In this document: positions 1-8,596 of the stretch, in pieces
Layout of the letters: each line of letters begins with the position of its first letter
Position numbering within the stretch: position 1 is the stretch's first letter
NCBI GenBank assembly: GCA_963847445.1
Contig: CAWJZV010000030.1
Coordinates: 320,001 to 384,000, forward strand
Origin: an uncultured delta proteobacterium
GTDB taxonomy: Bacteria > Desulfobacterota > Binatia > UBA9968
Reading direction: 5' to 3'
Length of the DNA: 64,000 nucleotides
Notes under the pieces: generated by a model
The model's input: only the letters and a program-made list of their open reading frames with translations
Databases searched by the model: none
Told to the model about the DNA's origin: nothing
Program-made: the position numbers and the translations under genes

Positions 1-321
1 CAGAGCGTTGCCGCAAGGCAGCTCCTCGGCGTCGCCTTCGCGAAATTCCACGCCGGAGTGAATGCGCCGGGCATGAGCGACCATCGCCGCCGAGAAATCG
101 ACGCCGAGCACCGTCGCGCCGCGCTTGGCAGCGGCAGCCGCCACGTAGCCTGGCCCGCTGGCGATATCGAGAAACTTCATGCCCTTCTTCAAGCGCACGG
201 CATCGAGCAACGAATCGATGGTCTGGGTGGTCAATGGGCCGAAGGCATCATGATAACCGGTAGGGATTTCCTGCCAGCCGGCCAATTCGAAACTGCGGAA
301 TTTTTCCGGGTCACGGATCAT
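1..321 (-). CDS. Class I SAM-dependent methyltransferase (3' end runs off window)
   Basis: Manual translation from ATG 321: MIRDPEKFRSFELAGWQEI...KFLDIASGPGYVAAAAAKRGATVLGVDFSAAM...FREGDAEELP (SAM motifs I-III). Confidence 0.85.
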   Translation of the reverse strand, partial: MIRDPEKFRSFELAGWQEIPTGYHDAFGPLTTQTIDSLLDAVRLKKGMKFLDIASGPGYVAAAAAKRGATVLGVDFSAAMVAHARRIHSGVEFREGDAEELPCGNAL

Positions 322-438
322 CTTCAGTTCACGGTTCGTGGAATCTCGCTGGTCTTATAGCATGTCCAAGCGCGCAAGGGTATTTCGCCTTGACCGTGTC
401 ACGACTTTTCTTTACTGTCGGGTTCGCGGAGGTGGTTT

Positions 439-1485
439 ATGAAACTTCAACTTGGATTCCGACACTTGCTGCTTTGCTGTCTGATGACAACAGCGGTGCC
501 CGCCTTCGGCGCCCAAACGGTCACTAAAGTCGTCATGACCAGCGGCTCGTTCAGCGAACGGGAAGCGGCCATGTACGTGGCCCAGGATCAAGGGATATTC
601 CGCCGCTACGGTTTGGAACTGACCTTTGTCACCGTGCGCAATGGACCGGTCGGCATGGCGGCACTCGCCTCGGGTGAAACCCAGTTCCACTCCGGCTCGG
701 CCACTGGCGCGGTGCTCGGCTCCGCCGCCGAAGGCATGGACATCGTCTTTGTCGCCGGCATCATCAACAAACTCATCGGCAACATCATGGCCTCGCCAAA
801 AATCAAAATCCCCGCGGATCTAAAAGGCAAAACCATCGCCGTCACCAGCGCCAGCGGTGGCAGCTGGATGTTTACGACACTGGCGCTCGAATATTGGGGC
901 CTGGACGCCAAGCGCGACGGCATCACGTTTCGCATACTCGGCGACGAGTCGGTGCGCAGCCAGGCGCTGCTCAATGAAAGCGTCGCCGCGACGCATTTAG
1001 GCTACACCTTTTCCGCGCCGCTCATCAGCAAAGGATTCACCAATCTCGGTGACCTCTCCAAGCTGCCGATTCCGTTCCAAAGCACGGGTATCATGACCAC
1101 TCGGCGCTACATGAACGCCAATCCCGAGATCATCGAGAACGTCCTTCGCGGCGTGGTCGACGCGTTACAGTTCGTCGAAAAACCGGAAAACAAGCCGGCG
1201 GTGCTGAAAAGTCTAATGAAGGGGTTGCGGTTGAAGAATGTTGAACAGGCGATGGAAGGCTACGACACCCTGGCCAATATCTACGAACACAAAATCTACC
1301 CGCGCGCCGACGGCGTGCGCAATGTCATACGCTTGCTCGGCCAGACCAATGAGAAGATCCGCAAACTCAAAGCGGAAGAGTTAGTCGATGACCGGTTTGT
1401 CAGGAAGCTGGAGAAGGAAGGCACGGTTCTAAAAGCCATCTCCGAGATCCAACATGTAGGAACGCGATTTATCGCGCCCTTTTGA
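439..1485 (+). CDS. ABC transporter substrate-binding protein, NMT1/THI5/SsuA-like
   Basis: Signal peptide; YVAQDQGIFRRYGL and DLKGKTIAV motifs. True stop probably TAA at 1432 (EKEGRF*), lost through a 1-bp insertion near 1423. Confidence 0.85.
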   Translation: MKLQLGFRHLLLCCLMTTAVPAFGAQTVTKVVMTSGSFSEREAAMYVAQDQGIFRRYGLELTFVTVRNGPVGMAALASGETQFHSGSATGAVLGSAAEGMDIVFVAGIINKLIGNIMASPKIKIPADLKGKTIAVTSASGGSWMFTTLALEYWGLDAKRDGITFRILGDESVRSQALLNESVAATHLGYTFSAPLISKGFTNLGDLSKLPIPFQSTGIMTTRRYMNANPEIIENVLRGVVDALQFVEKPENKPAVLKSLMKGLRLKNVEQAMEGYDTLANIYEHKIYPRADGVRNVIRLLGQTNEKIRKLKAEELVDDRFVRKLEKEGTVLKAISEIQHVGTRFIAPF

Positions 1486-1596
1486 CGTTACCACCTCACG
1501 CCAGCCATTGGGCGCAGTGAATTGCGAGCCTACAGAAACGACCCGAATTAAACGGGATTGGTCATGTAGGATGGGTGGAGCGAAGCGATACCCATC
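1456..1596. repeat. GTAG-type REP/REPIN-like palindromes
   Basis: GTAGGAACGCGATTTATCGCGCCC (1456) paired with inverted GGGCGCAGTGAATTGCGAGCCTAC (ends 1533); third unit GTAGGATGGGTGGAGCGAAGCGATACCCATC (1566-1596). Confidence 0.75.
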
Positions 1597-1611
1597 ATCG
1601 ATTTCGTATGT

Positions 1612-2337
1612 CTACGGCATCTCTTCGAGCAGCTTGCCGAATCCTTTAACTTTCTGCCGAATATGCAGCCGCTTCTGCACCGACCAGACGCGCGCCGGCA
1701 CGGCGTGCACCACGGGAACCTGCAAATCTTCTTCGAGCAGATGGATGATATCTAAACAGCGCCAGCCGGTGCCGAGCATGTAGATGCCGTCGGCGTCGGG
1801 ATGCTTGAGAAACGCCTGGCGCGTGTGGCCGTAGATTTCGGTCGAGGCTAGACGGCCGACATCGGCGAAGTCGACTTTCATCCCTTCCATCGCCAACACT
1901 TCGAAGCCGGCTTCCTGAAAGTAGCGGCTGAACATGTCGTTGATGCTGCCGACGAAGTAGGTCACGCCGACGAACTTCTTCACGCCCAACGCGCGCAGCG
2001 CTTCGACCTGGGTCTGCGCCGCGGTGACGATGGGAATTTTAAATTCGTCTTCCCACTCTTTGGTGATCTTCGCTTCGCCCTTGAAGCCTTGGATCATGAA
2101 CGGCGGCGCGCCTTCGGGGTGGATCAAATCGACGCCTTCCTTGGCAAGCTCGGCGACTTTTTCGTGAACAGCGTTGAGTGCCGCGCCAAATTCGTCTTCG
2201 GTGCCGCGCTTGAAGTTCAAATACACCGGCACGACGCCGACGCCTTCCGGCATTAACCGGATGAACTCTTCCAACGACCCCGGCCGATGGGTCGGTTTGA
2301 CGACCCCGACCACGCCACGCCAACTGGTAAAAACCAT
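1612..2337 (-). CDS. Maleate cis-trans isomerase / arylmalonate decarboxylase (Asp/Glu racemase) family protein
   Basis: EFIRLMPEGVGV, ALRALGVKK..VTY, YFQEAGFEV, DADGIYM, LEEDLQVPVV pattern. Confidence 0.8.
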   Translation of the reverse strand: MVFTSWRGVVGVVKPTHRPGSLEEFIRLMPEGVGVVPVYLNFKRGTEDEFGAALNAVHEKVAELAKEGVDLIHPEGAPPFMIQGFKGEAKITKEWEDEFKIPIVTAAQTQVEALRALGVKKFVGVTYFVGSINDMFSRYFQEAGFEVLAMEGMKVDFADVGRLASTEIYGHTRQAFLKHPDADGIYMLGTGWRCLDIIHLLEEDLQVPVVHAVPARVWSVQKRLHIRQKVKGFGKLLEEMP

Positions 2338-2343
2338 AAATCA

Positions 2344-2439
2344 GTTCCAATCGTTCCAGGGGTTCCAGTCGTTCCAAGTGTTTCGGAGGCTTCGGGTTTT
2401 ACCATTGGAACCTCTGGAACTCATTGGAACGATTGGAAC
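2344..2439. repeat. Inverted array of 9-bp units (GTTCCAnnn x4 / nTGGAAC x4)
   Basis: GTTCCAATCGTTCCA is the exact reverse complement of TGGAACGATTGGAAC (2425-2439). Confidence 0.85.
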
Positions 2440-2448
2440 CGTCTTCGT

Positions 2449-3918
2449 TTATTTAAAGATCTGCGGAAACTTCGCCTTCATCTTAACGCGGTAATCTTCC
2501 GGCACTTCAACAACCTTGGGAAACTCGCCCTTCAGCTTGCGATTATACGGCTGGCAAGCGTCGATCAAGATGCGGTTGTTGAAATTGCCCGGCAAGAACA
2601 TCGGGTCGCGCCCAGACGACCAAGCCTTCTGCACCAAGTCTATGTCGGTGATCGGATCGAAGCGAGTGCCCATGGCCCAGAGCACTTGATCGATGTCCGA
2701 GCAGTCGACATCGTCGTCGACGACCACGGTCCACTTGCCGTTGTAGGCGCCGGCCATGCAGTTGGACGCGACGTGCAACACGTTGCGCGCGTGGCCGGGA
2801 TAGCGCTGGCGGATTTGAATCGCCGTGAAACGGGTCGCCGGCGCGCCTTCGTGGTTCCACACGCCGAGAATGTCGGGCAAGCCGCAAGCTTCCAGCGCGT
2901 TCCAGATCTCCGCCGCCCCGGCGATGCCTTTGAGCAGGCCAGTTTCATCCACCGGCTTATGCTGCGGCGCGCAGGTGAGAATCGGATTGTTGCGGTACAT
3001 GACGGTTTTCACATTGAGATAGGGGCGCGGCACGACATCGTCGGAATAGTAGCCCATCCATTCGCCGAAGGGTCCTTCGGGCTGCGTCTGTCCCGGCACG
3101 GCTTCACCTTCGATGACGATCTCGGCATCGGCGGGAATCGGAAATCCGGTAAAGGGCCCCTTCACCACTTCCACCGGTTCGCCGCGGATGCCGCCGGCGA
3201 AATCATACTCCGACACGCCCGAGGGCAACGGACTGGCGGAAAGCAGATAGAGCAACGGATCTTGGCCGCAGACGATGGCAAACTTGCAGCTCTGGCCGCG
3301 CTCGAAATATTTGTCGCGATGAATCCGCCCATGTTTGCCTTCGGTGATCTGGCAGCCGATGGTCTTGCCGTCGTAAACTTCACAGCGATAGGCGCCGAAA
3401 TTATACCAATCCGCGTCGGGATCTTTGGTGATGCACATATCCGCCGTGCCGACATAACGGTGCGTGTCGGCCTGGTGGTGGATCGGCACCGGCAACTTGA
3501 GCACGTCGACTTTGTCGCCTTCCAAAACGTTCTCGAAGATCGGCCCGGTCTTGACCATCTTGGGCTTAAGCAGCTTCATGTCGGTCATGACATGGTGGTA
3601 GGCCTTGACGATATCGGCCTTGTGTTCGTATTCGAGCGGCAAGCCGAGGGTCAGCGCGACGCGCTTGATGGTTGAGAACTGGCCGTAAAGAGTCCGATAA
3701 CCTTTCGGATAACCCGGCACTTCGTCGAACACGATTGCCGGCGCTTTGCCCTTACCGCCTTCGGTCAGCATCTGCGTGATCGCGCCCATCTCGCGGTCCC
3801 AGTGGGCGCCGTTGACCTCAAGTAACTCACCCATCTTGCCGACTTGCTCGATCCAATCGCGCAAACCGCGATAGGTTACGCTGCTCTGCGCCGCGCCAGC
3901 GCGTTCCGGACGTGCCAT
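2449..3918 (-). CDS. UbiD family (prFMN-dependent) decarboxylase
   Basis: NFGAYR, PADAEIVIEG, EGPFGEWMGYY, VVVDDDVD...VLWAMGTRFDP; RBS AGGAGG. Confidence 0.92.
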   Translation of the reverse strand: MARPERAGAAQSSVTYRGLRDWIEQVGKMGELLEVNGAHWDREMGAITQMLTEGGKGKAPAIVFDEVPGYPKGYRTLYGQFSTIKRVALTLGLPLEYEHKADIVKAYHHVMTDMKLLKPKMVKTGPIFENVLEGDKVDVLKLPVPIHHQADTHRYVGTADMCITKDPDADWYNFGAYRCEVYDGKTIGCQITEGKHGRIHRDKYFERGQSCKFAIVCGQDPLLYLLSASPLPSGVSEYDFAGGIRGEPVEVVKGPFTGFPIPADAEIVIEGEAVPGQTQPEGPFGEWMGYYSDDVVPRPYLNVKTVMYRNNPILTCAPQHKPVDETGLLKGIAGAAEIWNALEACGLPDILGVWNHEGAPATRFTAIQIRQRYPGHARNVLHVASNCMAGAYNGKWTVVVDDDVDCSDIDQVLWAMGTRFDPITDIDLVQKAWSSGRDPMFLPGNFNNRILIDACQPYNRKLKGEFPKVVEVPEDYRVKMKAKFPQIFK

Positions 3919-3962
3919 GAAATCCTCCTAGAAATTGAGCCGTTGAAAGTTGAAGTTTTTTC

Positions 3963-3991
3963 ACCTTACGTTCAGCCCTTAACCTTGTCAA
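3963..3991 (-). promoter_or_regulatory. Sigma70-type promoter for ubiD operon
   Basis: TTGACA-N17-TAAGGT on minus strand. Confidence 0.6.
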
Positions 3992-4108
3992 GAAAGTGAC
4001 GACTTGCCGGGCTCTTGTCGATCGGGCGTCGAGCCAGTGCTATGACGCCGATGGCCGAACACCCGGATTTTGCCACGGGGCCAATAGTCATGAATGAGGG
4101 ATTCATCA

Positions 4109-4601
4109 ATGGCGGACAACACCACCTACGACCGGCAACTGCGCAGCATCGGCCAATCTCTCGAAGCACAGCGCATCCAGGTTTTCGAGCTAACCCGTCA
4201 AGGCGAAAACTATACTGCCCGCGGCGACCCGGAAAAAGAAACCTCGCTGTTAGCGGCCTTGCGTAATTGGCAAAAACGGCTGCGCAGCGAAGGAATGACG
4301 ACTTCGTTGGCGTTCACCCAGCCAAGACATTGACGAAATAGACCACCAGGGCTCTGGCAACCGCAGCAAGGCCAACCGGATCCCCGATTTTCATAGCCTG
4401 GCGAATACACTGCGAACGGTGGGCGCCTATCTGGATGAAAAAAACGCCGAGCTGATCGAGCTGCACAAGAAGCAGCTGAGCGTGACGATTCTCTCACGCA
4501 ACACCACCGGTTACCCGGAGATGGAAGAACGCAGCCTGGGCTCGTTCTACGAACTGTTTGTCAAGCTCCATGCGCTGCGAAACCGGGCATGTAAACGATA
4601 A
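4109..4601 (+). CDS. Hypothetical protein (frameshift near 4320)
   Basis: ORFs 4094-4333 and 4419-4601 join into one ~160-aa protein if one indel is corrected. Confidence 0.6.
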
Positions 4602-4713
4602 TCGCGACTCAGCACAGCTTAATTCGCCAAGTGAATCGAACCGCTTGACAAGCTCCGGCCTGGCACTATGCCGCATCGGCAGTTTGCATCCTCATCGTGC
4701 GGGGAAAGTTCGC

Positions 4714-5078
4714 CTAGCCGAGCAACAGTATGCTCCAGACCGCCACCGCCAAGACGATCGAGCAGAACACCCCGGCGGAACCTAAGTCCTTCGCCAGGCC
4801 GGACAGCTCGTGTCGATCCGGACCGATCCGGTCGACCACCGTCTCAATGGCGGTATTAAGCATCTCGACGACCACGACGAGCAGGGCGCTGCCGATCATG
4901 AGCGCGCGTTCGACGGCATTTCGCCGCGAGCAACCAACGCCGCCGGAATCGCCAGAGACAAAACATAAATCTCGTAGCGCAACGCCGCTTCCGACCTCCA
5001 TGCCCGTGCCAACCCGTTCAGCGAGTTCCTCGTCGCATTGATCAGCCGCTGGAGCGGGCTGATGTCGTTTCCCGTCAT
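4714..5078 (-). CDS. dgkA: Diacylglycerol kinase (frameshift near 4930)
   Basis: RLINATRNSLNGLARAWRSEAALRYE + VVEMLNTAIETVVDRIGPDRHELSGLAKDLGSAGVF. Confidence 0.9.
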
Positions 5079-5147
5079 GTCGGTAAGCACTGCGCCATCG
5101 TTTTGTATCTCGAATCTATTTGTCGTAGCGCGCTCGACCTCAACCAA

Positions 5148-5664
5148 ATGGGAAAGAGTTTTTCACCACGAAGTGAATCATGATCTTACGCACGCCCACG
5201 GATAATGAAAATGGATGGGATTCCCTCCATAGGCAGTCTGCTTGACGCGTCATTCCCGCGCACGCGGGAATCCAGGTTAGCCTGCGCCCAATTAGCCTGG
5301 ATACCCGCTTTCGCGGGTATGACGGAACCCAGGTGACATCTTCATTGTGGAGACCCTCCCCTTACAGGTATTTTCTAAGGAGCTCACGAAGATCACGAAG
5401 TTCAGAAATTTGCTCATCCGAACCCTTCGCGTCCTCCTTCGAAAATACACGTGCAGCGATGATCTGCGCATCGATAACGACTCTCTGTTCCGTCATACCG
5501 GCGCAGGCCGGTATCCATCCCGTTCCCGCCCCTGCCGGCCTGCGCCGGCATGACGAGTCTAAGGAATGGCTTCCGGTATTTTCATTATCTGTGGGCGTGC
5601 CTAAGATCATGATTCACTTCTTGGTGAGTTCCTCCGGATAAACAACCAACCACGTGAGACACCC
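5148..5664. repeat. Composite nested palindromic repeat, copy 1 (two inverted copies of the ~200-bp element, 5174-5382 and 5434-5616)
   Basis: 50-bp inverted repeat 5163-5212 / 5578-5627 with 3 mismatches; flanks homologous to 8119-8548. Confidence 0.85.
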
Positions 5665-5694
5665 TACTAGCTAAATCACCGATTCACTAACTCA

Positions 5695-7923
5695 CTATCC
5701 CCGCTGTTTCAGCGCATTGAGCACCTTCTCGGCGGTAATCGGCAGCGAAGTAATCCGCACCCCCACCGCATCCGCCACGGCGTTGGCGATCGCCGCCGCA
5801 GTCGGGATCAGGGCGGTCTCGCCGATGCTCATGCTATTGTAAGGTCCGCTGCCGAACTCGGATTGCAGGATGGTCGTGTGCAGCGGCGGCATATCCTTGA
5901 TGTTGGGAATCTTGTATTCACCGAGATTGGCCGCCAGCACTTTGCCGCTCTCGTCGTAAGCGAGGTTTTCCACCAGGCCATAACCGAAACCCATGGCTAC
6001 GGAGCCGTCGATCTGTCCCTGATGGGTCAACGGATTCAGGATCGCGCCGGTGTTATGCGCGGTGGTGAGTTTGGTCACGCGCACCTCGCCGGTCTCGTCG
6101 TCGACCTCGACTTCAGCGACTTGAGCAACCAACGAGGCCTCGGGCCCATCCGACATGTTGGCGTAATGACCTTCGACCAGAATCGGGCCGCCATTGGCGC
6201 GGGCGATTTCCGCCGTAGGTCATACGCCGCTCGGCCCGTCCGTGGGTCACGCCGCCGTCGAACAGCAGGAGTTCGTCCGGCACCGGCTTGCATCGCCACG
6301 CCGGCAATCTGGAGAATCTCCGCGCGCGCCCGCTGCGCCGCGTTTAACGCCGAGCCGCCATGGACGCGGGTGCTGCTGCTGCCACGGACACCGGTATCTT
6401 TAAGGACTTTATCGGAATCGAGCATCTCCACGGCGATGGCATCGAGGGGCACTTTCAGTTCTTCACCGACGATCTGGCGCATCATCGTGAAGACACCGGG
6501 ACCGGTATCGGTGACCGCCGAAGACAAAGTTATTGTCCCTTCCTCGTCAATGGCAATGCGCGCGTAGGACTCCCCGCCTTTGGAAACCCAGTCGCCGACA
6601 GCGCAGCCGCGGCCGCTATTTTTTTTCTTGGGCTTGGCAAACTCCGACACTTCGACAGCGCGCGCGAGCGTCTCGGTCGCTTTGATATGTGGAATCACAT
6701 GGCCCAGCGGCGACGGGTCGCCATCGTGCATGAAATTCATCCGGCGAAACTCGATGGGATTCATGTTCAAGCGCTTGGCGACGACATCCATGTGGCTCTC
6801 GGAGGCAAACATGCCTTGAAGATGGCCCGGAGCGCGCATGTAGCCCGCCGGCATTGTATTGGTGTAGACATATTTTTCTTCGATCAAACAGTTGGGCACC
6901 CGATAGGGCCCAGGCGCGTCATGGGCGCCGACCAGATAGCCTTGCGGGCGGTAGGCACCGTAGGCGCCGCTGTCGAAAATAAACTCGATATGCTCGGCGA
7001 TCATCAGGCCATTTTTCTTGACCCCGGTCTTGATCTTGATCACCGCGCCATGGCGCGGATTGCCCGCCATCAGCTCCTCGGTATAGTCGATCAACAGCTT
7101 GACCGGCCGGCCGGTTTTCTTAGCCAACGCATAGCAAAGCGCGACATCGTTGCCGTCGCCCTTGCCGCCGAAATCGCCGCCGACGTAGCAGGAATGGACG
7201 ATCAAACTCGCCGGTGGGATCTGCAAAGCGTTGCCGACCTGATCGCGCATATTGAACGGGCTTTTGTTCGACGACCACACTTCCGCCGTGCCGTCGGCTG
7301 TTGACGCGCACCAAGGAACAATGCGGTTCGATATAGGCCTGGTGAATCGCCGGCACGGTGTAGCTGTTCTCGACGATCACGTCGGATTGGCGAAAGCCCT
7401 CTTCGACCACGCCCTTCTTCCAGACCAGGCTGACGAAGACATTGCTCGGCGTATCGATCTTGTGCAGCAGCCCTTTGTAGTCCGCGACATTGGGATGGAT
7501 CAGCGGCGCATCGGGTTTAGCAGCCGCCAATGGATCGATCAGCACCGGCAGTTCTTCGTACTCGACTTCGATCAAATCCAGCGCGGCCTCGGCAACCGCT
7601 TCGCTCTGCGCCGCCACCGCGGCGATTTTCTCGCCCATGAAGCGCACCACGGCTTCGGCCAGCAGCGGCATGTCGATGATTTTTTTGCCGATCTTGGCGC
7701 CGGCGAGATCGGCACCGGTCAGCACCGCAACGACACCGGGAAGCGCGCTCGCTTTGGTCACATCGATTTTTTTAATCCGCGCGTGAGCCAGCGGACTGCG
7801 CAACACTTTGGCCCACAGCATGCCGGGCAAACTTATGTCGACGGCGTACTTGGCGCCACCGCCGACTTTATGCTCGCCTTCGACTCGGGGACTCGGAATA
7901 CCGACGCTACGGATTTCTGCCAT
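5695..7923 (-). CDS. Xanthine dehydrogenase/CoxL-family molybdopterin-binding subunit (several frameshifts)
   Basis: AKYAVDISLPGMLWAKVLRSP, HQAYIEPH, VGGDFGGKG, YMRAPG, QGQIDG, GEYKIP, SIGE across three ORFs. Confidence 0.9.
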
Positions 7924-8118
7924 GATGATTCCCTCGTAAACCTTTCAGAGGTGTCGTGGATAAACCTTAGCTATCGCTAACGGCTTCAAGTTCTGCAAAA
8001 TTATTTGCGTTAGCCAATGATTGTATTTGCATCGCAACTGTTGTGAGAGAGTTACATCAACCCCAAATTCACCGCAAGCTCTCGGCGGAGGAATCCCATG
8101 GACGACGTAAAAGGAGAG

Positions 8119-8548
8119 ATGGGAAAGAGTTTTTCACCACGAAGTGTTTATGAGCTTACGCTCGTCCACCGACTATGAAAATGGATGGCATCCCCTCCAA
8201 ATGCTCCTGTCCTCGACTCGTCATTCCCGCGCACGCGGGAATCCAGGTGTCGGACACAGTCCGTCATACCGTTGAAAAACGGTATCCAGGTGGGGATTAG
8301 CCTGGATACCCGCGTGCGCGGGTATGACGGAACCCATGTGTCTAATCGTTGCGCAGATCATCCACGCACATATATTCTCGAAGGAGTAAACGAAGATGCA
8401 TTAGAAGCGCGAAAGTCAGCAGGGCCGCTTTTTCGCCCTTACTTCGATCATCCGAACCCTTCGTGGCCGGAGTCTGTGGTGAGCGTAGTCGAACCATGAA
8501 CTTCGTGGTGAGCGACTCCGGATAAATGACTAACAGCGTGAGACACTC
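8119..8548. repeat. Composite nested palindromic repeat, copy 2 (one ~240-bp element, 8145-8386)
   Basis: Starts ATGGGAAAGAGTTTTTCACCACGAAGTG, identical to 5148; shares TCATCCGAACCCTTCG and CTCCGGATAAA...CGTGAGACAC ends with copy 1. Confidence 0.85.
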
Positions 8549-8596
8549 CACCAGAATTCGCGCCCGCTAGTTTGCGTCTACCGTGAGCATCAACGA

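Noticed and set aside
2287-3675. Long antisense ORFs (also 48086-49120, 56436-57410, 60279-61271)
   Set aside because: Shadows of real minus-strand genes in GC-rich DNA with no recognisable motifs
8098-8178. Short ORF with GGAGGA RBS (MDDVKGEMGK...)
   Set aside because: Runs into the repeat after 7 codons; cannot distinguish from chance
5148-8548. CRISPR array or classical TIR MITE
   Set aside because: No regular repeat-spacer period and no cas genes; the 50-bp inverted repeat is explained by two oppositely oriented copies of one element, and copy 2 lacks it
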